From the NCBI GenBank assembly GCA_964517685.1, contig CAZFCF010000001.1, positions 345,458-409,457 on the forward strand: a DNA stretch of 64,000 bases. Reading direction: 5' to 3'. Source of the stretch: an uncultured Gammaproteobacteria bacterium (GTDB lineage Bacteria > Cyanobacteriota > Vampirovibrionia > LMEP-6097). Positions 9,626 through 18,602 of the stretch are shown piece after piece. Numbering within the stretch: the first letter of the stretch is position 1; each line of letters starts with the position of its first letter. The notes beneath the pieces were generated by a model. The model worked only from the letters and a program-made list of their open reading frames with translations. It did no database searches and was not told the DNA's origin. The translations under genes were made by a program, and so were the position numbers.

Positions 9626-12255
9626 CTAGCAACCACGTTAACTAATTTCTCTGGAACCACTATAACTTTCTTCACACTCAAGCCTTCAATACGCTTTTGC
9701 ATTTTAGTATTAGCTAAAGCAAGCTTTTCAATAGCAGCCTTATCCATTGATTTCTCAACTTCAATAACATCTATCTTTTTACCCATGAATTGAATCACGA
9801 GATTATAGCTATTAGTTTCTAGATACTCATCTTGATATTGAACCCATTTCTGTATATGTACTGAATTAGCTTTCATAAATTCAGCAGAGAAATCTTCATT
9901 AGTATTTTTCAGTAAAACCATTTCAAACCACAACTCTTCAGCTAAATGTGGAGTAAATGGAGAAAGAATTTTAATAAAGTTAAAAAGTACATGACGGAGA
10001 ACTTTTTGATCTTCTTCATCAAAGGTACTAGCAGATTCATTTCTAGCGTTTATATATTTGTACATTGAATTGATAAATTCGAACATTCTAGAAATAGCAG
10101 TATTAAAACCATTTCTTTCAGGATCTAAATCATTAGTAATCGCTTTAAGTGCTTGATGAAAAGCTCTAAGAATATCTGCATTATCAGATTCAAGCTCAGC
10201 TACGTTTTCATTAAAAGCAAATTCATAATTAGTAGTTTCTACTTTTAGTGTGTCTTTCAGTTGTTCGAAGAGACGCCATACTCTAGAAACAAATCTAAAT
10301 TGACCGATAGCAGCTTCATCTTGCCACTCTACTTCTGCTTCTACTGGAGCTGCAAAGAGAATAAATAATCTAGCTGCATCGGCACCATACTCATCGAAGA
10401 AATCATTAGTACCAACCACATTGCCGCGTGATTTAGACATCTTTGCTATCTTGCCTTCAGTCTCTGAATATTTCACCACCATACCTTGTGAAAGTAAGCG
10501 AGTGAAAGGTTCATCATAGTTCAGTAAACCACAGTCCCTAAGAGCCTTAGTGAAGAATCGAGAATAGAGTAAATGGAGAATTGCATGTTCTATACCACCC
10601 ACATATTGATCAACAGGAAAAACTTTATCCTTAGCAAAAGGTAAATTTAAATTATGCGCATCAGGATATCTCAAAAAATACCAACTACTACACATAAAGG
10701 TGTCCATAGTGTCAGTAATTCTTTTGGCTTTTTTACCAGTAGTCGCGCAAGTAGTTTCATACCACTCTGGACTATTTGCAAGTATAGAACCACCATCAGA
10801 CTTAGCTTTAGCAAAATCTATGTCGAGTGGAAGCTTTACAGGAAGCTGTTCATAAGGCACTGGATTAATTTCCCCATCTTCAGTTTCCACTAAAGGAATT
10901 GGACAACCCCAATAGCGTTGCCTGCTTATAAGCCAATCTCTCAATCTATAAGTAGTTTTGAAATCAGCAAAGCCTTTAGCCTTGCCCCACTGAACTATTT
11001 TAGTTTTAGCAGTTTCATTATCTAAGCCATTGAATTCACCACTGTTAACCAAAGTTCCAGTGCCAGTGTAAGCTGCTGTCATTGCGAGAAGGGCGGAGCC
11101 CGACGAAGCAATCCCATTGTGGTGACTTGAAGACCCATCTTCACCCTGAATAACCTCTTTCATTGGTAACTTGAATTCTTTAGCAAACTCAAAATCTCTT
11201 TCATCATGCGCAGGAACCGCCATCACTGCACCCGTTCCATAATCCACTAAAGCATAATCTGCAATCCAAACAGGAATTTTTTCGTTGGTAAAAGGATTGA
11301 GACAATAGGCACCAGTAAAGCAGCCAGTTTTTTTTCTACCTTCTGCTGTCCTTTCAATCTCTGTAAGTGACGCAGTTATAGTAATGTAATCAGCAATAGC
11401 TTTTTTCTGAGCTTCAGTACTTAGCTTAGCTACAAGCTTATGTTCGGGAGCCAAGACCATATAAGTCACTCCCATAATGGTGTCAGGTCTAGTAGTAAAA
11501 ACTTTAATTCTTTCGCTAGTAGCTTTGCCTTCAGCATCAAGAATAGGAAAATCAATTTCTGCACCTTGAGATTTACCAATCCAATTACGTTGCATTAGTT
11601 TTACGCTACTAGGCCAGTGTTCAAGCTTATCCAAGTCCGTGAGCAGTTCTTCTGCATAAGCAGTGATCTTCAAGAACCATTGTTTCATCATGCGTTTCTT
11701 GACTTCAGTGTTACCATGACGCCAACATTTACCATCTTCTACTTGCTCGTTTGCAAGCACAGTATTACATTCAGGACACCAATTAACAGGAGCTTCTTTC
11801 TGGTATGCAAGACCTTTATCATAAAGTTTTAGAAATAAATATTGAGTCCATTTGTAGTAATCTTCTCTACAAGAAACTACTTCCCTGTCCCAGTCATAAC
11901 TAGTGCCCATGCGCTTGAGCTGTTCATCACGCATATAACGAATATTTTCTTCAGTCCATTTACCTGGATGAATATTACGTTCGATAGCTGCATTCTCTGC
12001 AGGTAAACCAAAGGCATCAAAGCCCATAGGATTCAAGACATTAAAACCTTGCATTCTTTTGTAACGAGAAATTACATCTGAGATCGTATAAACGCGCATA
12101 TGTCCCATGTGGAGATTGCCACTAGGATAAGGAAACATCACTAGAGAATAAAACTGTTCTTTATTTTTCTCATTTTCATCATACTGATAGAGCTTGGCTT
12201 TTTCCCAAAGCCTTTGCCATTTAGTTTCAATGTTTTTTGGATTATATTCAGACAT
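9622..12255 (-). CDS. leuS: Leucine--tRNA ligase
   Basis: MFPYPSGNLHMGH, VPAHDERD, DWLISRQRYWG, KMSKS. Confidence 0.98.
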   Translation of the reverse strand: MSEYNPKNIETKWQRLWEKAKLYQYDENEKNKEQFYSLVMFPYPSGNLHMGHMRVYTISDVISRYKRMQGFNVLNPMGFDAFGLPAENAAIERNIHPGKWTEENIRYMRDEQLKRMGTSYDWDREVVSCREDYYKWTQYLFLKLYDKGLAYQKEAPVNWCPECNTVLANEQVEDGKCWRHGNTEVKKRMMKQWFLKITAYAEELLTDLDKLEHWPSSVKLMQRNWIGKSQGAEIDFPILDAEGKATSERIKVFTTRPDTIMGVTYMVLAPEHKLVAKLSTEAQKKAIADYITITASLTEIERTAEGRKKTGCFTGAYCLNPFTNEKIPVWIADYALVDYGTGAVMAVPAHDERDFEFAKEFKLPMKEVIQGEDGSSSHHNGIASSGSALLAMTAAYTGTGTLVNSGEFNGLDNETAKTKIVQWGKAKGFADFKTTYRLRDWLISRQRYWGCPIPLVETEDGEINPVPYEQLPVKLPLDIDFAKAKSDGGSILANSPEWYETTCATTGKKAKRITDTMDTFMCSSWYFLRYPDAHNLNLPFAKDKVFPVDQYVGGIEHAILHLLYSRFFTKALRDCGLLNYDEPFTRLLSQGMVVKYSETEGKIAKMSKSRGNVVGTNDFFDEYGADAARLFILFAAPVEAEVEWQDEAAIGQFRFVSRVWRLFEQLKDTLKVETTNYEFAFNENVAELESDNADILRAFHQALKAITNDLDPERNGFNTAISRMFEFINSMYKYINARNESASTFDEEDQKVLRHVLFNFIKILSPFTPHLAEELWFEMVLLKNTNEDFSAEFMKANSVHIQKWVQYQDEYLETNSYNLVIQFMGKKIDVIEVEKSMDKAAIEKLALANTKMQKRIEGLSVKKVIVVPEKLVNVVAS
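11078..11115. repeat. Family A single unit, in frame within leuS
   Basis: gtcattgcgagaagggcggagcccgacgaagcaatccc; encodes GIASSGSALLAMT on the minus strand. Confidence 0.85.
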
Positions 12256-12295
12256 GCCTTGTACATTTTATCTTATTAAACAAGACTTCTTAAGG

Positions 12296-12527
12296 AGAGT
12301 ATTTCATTAAGCCTTATTAAGCGTAATAATTGATATGAATACGAGATGAGGCAAATGAAGCTTGGTTAGCAAATCAGCTGGGCGCGAAGTTTAAGGAATA
12401 TAAAGTTTTTTAATAATTTTTTTTATTCGCGAAGCGTGTTTCAAGCCCAGCTCGATTTGCTCCAAGCGTAATGAAGTTGAATCCGTATGAAATATCACAT
12501 TACGCTATAAGGCTTAATAAATACTCT
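12296..12527. repeat. Family B palindromic element (long copy) with nested internal inverted repeat
   Basis: ~30-bp imperfect TIR agagtatttcattaagccttattaagcgtaat / attacgctataaggcttaataaatactct; homologous to the reverse complement of 35081-35214. Confidence 0.75.
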
Positions 12528-13985
12528 ATTAACTCCATCTATTAAAAAATTAAAAAACAAAGCAAGCAACGCAGCCGAAATCGCACCCATAAGTATTAAA
12601 GAATTATCACCGAGATCAATCCCAGTTTTAATCAAATCACCAAGACCACCGGCTCCGACAAAGGTAGCAAGTGTAGCCATGCCAACGCAAATCACCGTAG
12701 TAGTTTTAAGCCCTGCAAAAATATATGGCATTGCAAGTGGTAGCTTGATTCTCCACAGAATCAAAGACTCTTTGAGCGCGAGTGAATTAGCTAAATCTAT
12801 ATATTCAGGAGCAATAGTTTTAATTCCCGTATAAGTATTTTGGACTATTGGTAATAAGCCATAAAGTATCAAAGCCATAATTGCAGCTGGCATTCCCAAG
12901 CCTAATATTGGAATTAGTAGAGCAAGCAAAGCCAAGCTAGGAATGGTTTGTATGATTGAAGCTAAAGCTAAAACCAATTTAGCTAAATTCTCTTTATAGC
13001 TAATCAAGATCCCCAGACTAAGACCCAAAACTAAAGCTATTAAGACCGCAATAAAAGTTATTTGTAAATGTCTAACAAAGGCTTTAGCCAAACTTTGTAA
13101 ATCTTCTTCAAACCTAGATTTAGGCTGTAAAGCCTTTCTTTGAGTCAATTCAGCCACAAAAGAATTAGCAACCGATTCATAACTTTCACCATTAATAATT
13201 CGCTGATTTAATTCAATAATTTTTTGATTGCTTAAAGAACCTTCTAAGATTTTTATTACTGATTTTATTTGCGGGAAATTAACAAGTAAATCTTTTCTGT
13301 ATACCAGAATAGATTCATAACTCTTAAGAGCATTTAAATCATCTTTAAGTATCTGGAACTCTGAACTATTAATTCGGGAATCAGTAGAATAAGCATCTAT
13401 AAGATCCACTTTATTGGTTCTCAAAGCATCAAGAGCAATATTATATTCAAGAGCTTTTAAATTTTTGTGTAAATCTAATTTATAAATATCTTCCAAAAGA
13501 CTTAGCCCATCAGGTCTTGCAATGAAATTATGACTTAAGCCATAACGCAAATCTTCTTTCGTTAAATCTGAAATATTTTGTAAATGAATCTCATCAGCTA
13601 AACCTTTTCGAACTAGCAAAACAAAATTATTATCGAAACCAAGACTTTTACTGAAACTAATTTGTTTTTCAGCTAATGCGGTATTTAGATCCTTAGTAGA
13701 TTTCTTTAAACTCAAATCTCTACCAAAAATATAATTAGCTAAAGAAGAAATATAATCCGGATAAATATCAATCTTATTAGCTTGCAAAGCATTAAAACAA
13801 ATATTTACTCCTCCTAAGTAATAAAACTTTTTGACTTTATAATTAGTTTCTTGCTCAATGGTTTGTGAAAGGATTTCAGCTACTAATATCGACTCTGGGA
13901 AGTTACGAGAACCAATATTTATAATAGTTTCAGCCTTAGCACTCAATAAAAAACAAGAAATAAAAATTAGCCAAAAATACTTCAT
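12495..13985 (-). CDS. Osmoprotectant (glycine betaine/choline) ABC transporter, fused substrate-binding protein and permease
   Basis: IGSRNFPESIL, DAYSTD, QTIPSLAL, GAGGLG. Confidence 0.9.
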   Translation of the reverse strand: MKYFWLIFISCFLLSAKAETIINIGSRNFPESILVAEILSQTIEQETNYKVKKFYYLGGVNICFNALQANKIDIYPDYISSLANYIFGRDLSLKKSTKDLNTALAEKQISFSKSLGFDNNFVLLVRKGLADEIHLQNISDLTKEDLRYGLSHNFIARPDGLSLLEDIYKLDLHKNLKALEYNIALDALRTNKVDLIDAYSTDSRINSSEFQILKDDLNALKSYESILVYRKDLLVNFPQIKSVIKILEGSLSNQKIIELNQRIINGESYESVANSFVAELTQRKALQPKSRFEEDLQSLAKAFVRHLQITFIAVLIALVLGLSLGILISYKENLAKLVLALASIIQTIPSLALLALLIPILGLGMPAAIMALILYGLLPIVQNTYTGIKTIAPEYIDLANSLALKESLILWRIKLPLAMPYIFAGLKTTTVICVGMATLATFVGAGGLGDLIKTGIDLGDNSLILMGAISAALLALFFNFLIDGVNRVFIKPYSVM

Positions 13986-13986
13986 A

Positions 13987-15483
13987 TTAGATTTTGTTCT
14001 CTTTATATTTCTCTAAAATATACTCTGCAAAGTAACTAATATCATCTTCAAGTTGAGAACGTTCTAAAGCAGCAAAGTATTTTTTACGATCTTCACTTGG
14101 AATAGTAAGCCATCTATATTTGCCTTGAACAAAAGCTAAGTTCATCAAAAATCTTGAAATCCTGCCATTGCCATCACTATGAGGATGAATCCAGACATAA
14201 AAATAATGTAAGAAAATTCCTCTTTCAAAACCATTCTCTATCTCTTTCAAATAATCAAATAAAGTATCTAATAAAGCATAAAGTTTTTCGTGTGCTGGAG
14301 GTACAAAATTAGCTCCCTTAATACTAACCATATGATTACGATAAACATTCAACTCACCATTGATCAACTTTGCATTAATACTAGGTTTCCACAGTTCTTG
14401 GAATAGTTTTTTAGACAAAGCTTCATTGATAACAAAATTACTTGAAATAATTTTTTTTATATATCCCAAAGCATTCATAAAACCTTTAGCAGCTAATTGA
14501 TTTTTCAAATCTACATCATCAACTTGTTCACTGTCGTTTTCTTGTAAATAATCAATAAGAGCCTTAGTTACTGTATAACCTTCAATAGTCAAACTATGGT
14601 AAGTATCATCAACAATAATTGCATCAATATCTTTATCCGTTAAGTTATTGGTTAATTTCTTTGGTTTTTTTAAATGCTCTAATATTTTTATAGCTTTTAA
14701 TATTGAAATTTCAAATCTAGAAACATATATAGGTTTTTCTGTATTAGTAGATAGAACAAAGTCATCAAAAGGATTTACCACTTTAATTTTGGCATCCATA
14801 ATTTTAAAGAACTCCTCTAACTCTAGACGAAGGACTGTATCTCCAATTTGATCTAAAGCTCCAATTAATCTTGCAAGTAAAACTGGTGAACTGTTAGCTT
14901 TAAAAAATTCAAGTATATATTGATCATCTCGATCTGATGATTTAAGCAATGACATGATTTCATATTTAAAATTTTTGTATTCACTTAAAGTGGAATTAAT
15001 TATCAAAAATTCATGTTTTAAATGACTATAAGAACCAGCAAAACAATTTGAAACTAAGATTGGTTTAGTATCAAAATTTTCATCATAAGCAGCAAGTATT
15101 TTCACACCTGAAATCAAGTCAATGATTCTATTTGACTTAGATTTAGTTGCTAAAGAAATTTGTGATGAGTGAATACTGAAATCTTCTACAAGAAATTTAT
15201 ATGCATAATTCCCAGTTAAATACCAACCATCTTTAAAACTTAAATTTAGAAATTGAAAAACTATAATCCAAAAATTATTTTTAAAAGCTATTTCTGCAGA
15301 ATCAAATTGATCTTTGATAAAACAATATTGTTTATTTAAATCTTCAAGAAAAGATTTATGCTTCAGAAATTTATAAATTTTAGTTTCAATAGAACTTTTT
15401 TCAAATACAAGTTGTTTTTGCTTAAGCTGGCGTTTTAGCCAATTCTTTGATTGAAGTTCAATATCATTCAAGGTTTCTGCCAT
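13987..15483 (-). CDS. Fic-domain protein
   Basis: HPHSDGNGRISR Fic motif; YHSLTIEG. Confidence 0.9.
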   Translation of the reverse strand: MAETLNDIELQSKNWLKRQLKQKQLVFEKSSIETKIYKFLKHKSFLEDLNKQYCFIKDQFDSAEIAFKNNFWIIVFQFLNLSFKDGWYLTGNYAYKFLVEDFSIHSSQISLATKSKSNRIIDLISGVKILAAYDENFDTKPILVSNCFAGSYSHLKHEFLIINSTLSEYKNFKYEIMSLLKSSDRDDQYILEFFKANSSPVLLARLIGALDQIGDTVLRLELEEFFKIMDAKIKVVNPFDDFVLSTNTEKPIYVSRFEISILKAIKILEHLKKPKKLTNNLTDKDIDAIIVDDTYHSLTIEGYTVTKALIDYLQENDSEQVDDVDLKNQLAAKGFMNALGYIKKIISSNFVINEALSKKLFQELWKPSINAKLINGELNVYRNHMVSIKGANFVPPAHEKLYALLDTLFDYLKEIENGFERGIFLHYFYVWIHPHSDGNGRISRFLMNLAFVQGKYRWLTIPSEDRKKYFAALERSQLEDDISYFAEYILEKYKENKI

Positions 15484-15501
15484 AACTATTAGTAATTATA
15501 C

Positions 15502-15616
15502 CCGATATTTTCCAGCAATTAATACCGATACTTTCCAGTGAATGAAGCCTAGCTTTACTAGAAAAAGTCGCCTAGTTTCACTAGAAAATCTTGCCTAGTT
15601 TTACTGGAAATTTCTA
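15502..15616. repeat. Five degenerate 23-bp tandem repeats upstream of the Fic gene
   Basis: ccgatattttccagcaattaata / ccgatactttccagtgaatgaag / cctagctttactagaaaaagtcg / cctagtttcactagaaaatcttg / cctagttttactggaaatttcta. Confidence 0.7.
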
Positions 15617-15617
15617 A

Positions 15618-16295
15618 TTACTGGCTTAAAATAAGGCTTTTTAGCTCTAAGCTCCTATCAGCCAAACCCTCAATTTCTTCCGAGTTATGGCTTACAAGAA
15701 TCATTGAAGTACCCTGTTTTTTAAGCAATTGAAACTTATTAATCAAAATAGATTTAGTTTCTTTATCAATACCATTAAAGGGTTCATCAAGTAAAAGTAA
15801 TTTAGGTTTATTCATTAATGCCAAAGCTAAAGCGACTCTTTGCGCTTGCCCACCCGAAAGCTCTGCTGGATAACGACCTTCATATTCCCTAAAATTAATC
15901 TCCACAAAATCCAGTAATTCAGAAATTTCTTGTAAGAAAAAATCTTTCTTAGCTTGAAAGCCAAAAATCATTTCAGTGTTTCTCATTTCATTTTGCTTAG
16001 ATAAAGCCAAATTATCAAACACAGTTAAATGCGGAAATAGGATTCCTTTTTGGAAAATATATGAAATTTGTTTTCTAAGATCTTTTAAATCCCAATCATT
16101 GATTGATTTATCAAAGAAAGAAATAGAGCCCTTATCATAAGCCAAAAGCCGATTAATAAGTTTCAGAACTGTAGTTTTACCAGAACCACTGGGACCAATG
16201 ATAGCTAAGCATTCGGAATCAGTGACGTTAAAACTAAGATCACAAACAATCGGTTTATCACTAAAACTTTTAGAAATATCTCGTACTTCAAGCAT
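15618..16295 (-). CDS. Osmoprotectant ABC transporter ATP-binding subunit
   Basis: GPSGSGKT, LSGGQAQR, LLLDEPF. Confidence 0.9.
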   Translation of the reverse strand: MLEVRDISKSFSDKPIVCDLSFNVTDSECLAIIGPSGSGKTTVLKLINRLLAYDKGSISFFDKSINDWDLKDLRKQISYIFQKGILFPHLTVFDNLALSKQNEMRNTEMIFGFQAKKDFFLQEISELLDFVEINFREYEGRYPAELSGGQAQRVALALALMNKPKLLLLDEPFNGIDKETKSILINKFQLLKKQGTSMILVSHNSEEIEGLADRSLELKSLILSQ

Positions 16296-16870
16296 TAGAA
16301 TACTTGAGTTACAGTTTCTACTAAATCAGGAACCTCTGCAAGCAAGGCACGCTCAACACCCATTTTCATAGTCATCAGAGCACTTGGACAAGTACCACAA
16401 GCCCCAACCATTCTTAGCCTTGCATCCTTAGCAACAACATCAACCAATTCAATATTGCCGCCGTCAGCAACTAAAGCAGGTCTAATTTTATTTAAAACAG
16501 CTTCAATACGTCCTCTAGCATCAGAGTCATCACCACTTGGAGCAGTTTCAGCAGGTTTATTTTGTTCTGCCCATTTATGCATTCCATCAAGATTAGATTT
16601 GATAGCTTCTTTAATCTCTAGATGAATATCTTTCCAATTGATATGTTCTTCTTTATCAACAGTAACGAAATTATTCATAACGAAAACTTTCTTGATACCA
16701 GGTATTTTAAAAAGAGATTCAGCGAGCGTATTGCCAACATTTTGAGCTTCATTAATGTTTAAATAACTCAGCGAATTTGAGTAAGGATAAATTACTTCAC
16801 TGCAAATAAACTTCAGGCTATTTGGGTTAGGGGTGTATTCCGCTCGTACAGTAAGGTTTAAGGTATCCAT
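16295..16870 (-). CDS. NifU/Nfu-type Fe-S scaffold (Nfu_N plus NifU C-terminal domain)
   Basis: TPNPNSLKF; IRPALVADGGNIELV, GACGTCPS. Confidence 0.9.
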   Translation of the reverse strand: MDTLNLTVRAEYTPNPNSLKFICSEVIYPYSNSLSYLNINEAQNVGNTLAESLFKIPGIKKVFVMNNFVTVDKEEHINWKDIHLEIKEAIKSNLDGMHKWAEQNKPAETAPSGDDSDARGRIEAVLNKIRPALVADGGNIELVDVVAKDARLRMVGACGTCPSALMTMKMGVERALLAEVPDLVETVTQVF

Positions 16871-16888
16871 ACTGTAATTATAGCTTAT

Positions 16889-18208
16889 TTAGTACTCAGG
16901 GAACCTGTCGTCTCCAGTATCATCGTCGTCGTCAGGGTTTTCGTTATATTCTTCAACATCTTCATCGTCTTCGAAGTCTTCGTCTTCTTCCTCTTCGACT
17001 TCTTCTTCATCTAGATCTTCAACATCATCTTCAAGGTCATCATCTTCTTCCTCAAGATCATCAGAATCATCATCTAGATCTTCATCAGGATCATCTAAAT
17101 CATCATCACCCAGCATAAGTTCTGCTTCTTGATCACTAAAATCGTTAGCACCTAATTCTTTACTATCTTGGCTTTCTAGTTCTAAAATAGACATGGTTTC
17201 ATCCTCTAAATCGATATTGTCAATAATATTATTATCCACATTTTCGCCATGTTGCAACAGGTAATCTTCTAAACTTAAATTTTCGAAATCAAGGTCATCT
17301 AATGGGTCAATTTTGACTTCTATTAAGCCTTCTAGAAGCTCGTTTTTAGGCTCAATCATTGGGTCTTTTAAGGGTTTTATCTCATAACCTAAATAACGTC
17401 CTAAGACCTCTTTTAATACTTTTATTTGACCACTGAAAGATGCGTCAAGACGACCACCTTGAGTATTTACAATACAAGAGCCTTGATCGATACTTTCATC
17501 TTTTTGAAAAACTAATTTTATGGAAGGATCGAGCACTTTTAACAAGGCTTTTTCCAGGAAAGCAACTTTATCAATATCCTTTGGATGTAAATAAATTTGC
17601 ATAATACCTTTGGCGGTAACAACTTTAGAAATAGCTCTTTCTACTTGAGTTTGCAAGACTTCATCATTAGTTTCAACTTCATATCCAAGGATTTGATTAA
17701 CTAAATCAAAAGCAATGGACATAATTTCTTTTTTGGATTCTTCAATTACATTTTTCTTAGCATGATGAAAAGTTGCGAGATAATTCATTAGCTCAGCAAT
17801 GATCTCTGAAGCTTTAGACATTCCCTCTTCAAAGGATTGTTTAAGTTCTTGTTCTTTTAAAATTACAATTTGATTTCTTTCATTTTCAAGTAATTTTTTA
17901 GTATCATAAATTTCAATCTCAGCAGTTTTTTTATAGGCATTAGCCTCCTCAACAATAGTTGCAGCCTCAGTTTGAGCCTCTTGGATCATTTGCTGTATTT
18001 CTTCTTCAGCATGAGATTTTTTAACAGCAATCTCCCTATTGAATTCCTCTAATAATGCTTCAGATTTTTTTTGTACTAAAGATTGAGCTTGATTCTCAAT
18101 TTCTTGAGTAATAGGATTATTGAAATTAAAACCAGAGTTAGAAATAGCAGTAGCTTTAGTAACAGGTACTACAATCTCCTTTACTGTTTTTTTCTTCTTT
18201 ATTAACAT
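16889..18208 (-). CDS. fliH: FliH/SctL-family export-ATPase stator with a long acidic C-terminal extension
   Basis: Coiled coil, SFEEG, IYLHPKD, DESIDQGSCIVNTQGGRLDAS; then a D/E-rich tail. Confidence 0.82.
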   Translation of the reverse strand: MLIKKKKTVKEIVVPVTKATAISNSGFNFNNPITQEIENQAQSLVQKKSEALLEEFNREIAVKKSHAEEEIQQMIQEAQTEAATIVEEANAYKKTAEIEIYDTKKLLENERNQIVILKEQELKQSFEEGMSKASEIIAELMNYLATFHHAKKNVIEESKKEIMSIAFDLVNQILGYEVETNDEVLQTQVERAISKVVTAKGIMQIYLHPKDIDKVAFLEKALLKVLDPSIKLVFQKDESIDQGSCIVNTQGGRLDASFSGQIKVLKEVLGRYLGYEIKPLKDPMIEPKNELLEGLIEVKIDPLDDLDFENLSLEDYLLQHGENVDNNIIDNIDLEDETMSILELESQDSKELGANDFSDQEAELMLGDDDLDDPDEDLDDDSDDLEEEDDDLEDDVEDLDEEEVEEEEDEDFEDDEDVEEYNENPDDDDDTGDDRFPEY

Positions 18209-18580
18209 CTATACGTTCTCTAAAACTACTTCATCGATAATTTTTGCAATAGTGTGACTAATATTAGGTCGCATTTTTCTTTTACCTAATCTGTACTCAA
18301 TATATTCACGAACTAAAGGTCTTTCAGTAACAATGAACTCTTGGCTGCGTTGCACTTTAGTTTCATTTTTAACATTTGCAATTAATTTAAAAAAGTCTGG
18401 CCAAGATTTTGCGAAATAATCCCAATCCTCCTGTGACAAAGTCTCATCAATACTGAGATCCACTTCACTAATTTTTTGTACTAAAGGCAAGGGCAATTGT
18501 TCAAAAATAGATTTTTGCGTTTGTGGTGGTAGAGATCTTAAGATCAATGCCAGAGATTTTAATTTTCGATTCATGTCCAT
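18209..18580 (-). CDS. Short FliG N-terminal-domain-like protein
   Basis: LKSLALILRSLPPQTQKSIFEQL resembles the FliG_N KAAILLxSL motif; lies between fliF and fliH; only 123 aa. Confidence 0.6.
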   Translation of the reverse strand: MDMNRKLKSLALILRSLPPQTQKSIFEQLPLPLVQKISEVDLSIDETLSQEDWDYFAKSWPDFFKLIANVKNETKVQRSQEFIVTERPLVREYIEYRLGKRKMRPNISHTIAKIIDEVVLENV

Positions 18581-18602
18581 CCCAAATTCTCCAATTTAAA
18601 AA

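Noticed and set aside
12256-12494. T-box riboswitch upstream of leuS
   Set aside because: No T-box (GGTGGNACC) sequence; the region is homologous to an element at 35.1 kb that has no link to a synthetase.
15502-15616. Possible CRISPR array
   Set aside because: Repeats are contiguous with no unique spacers, are degenerate, and no cas genes are present.
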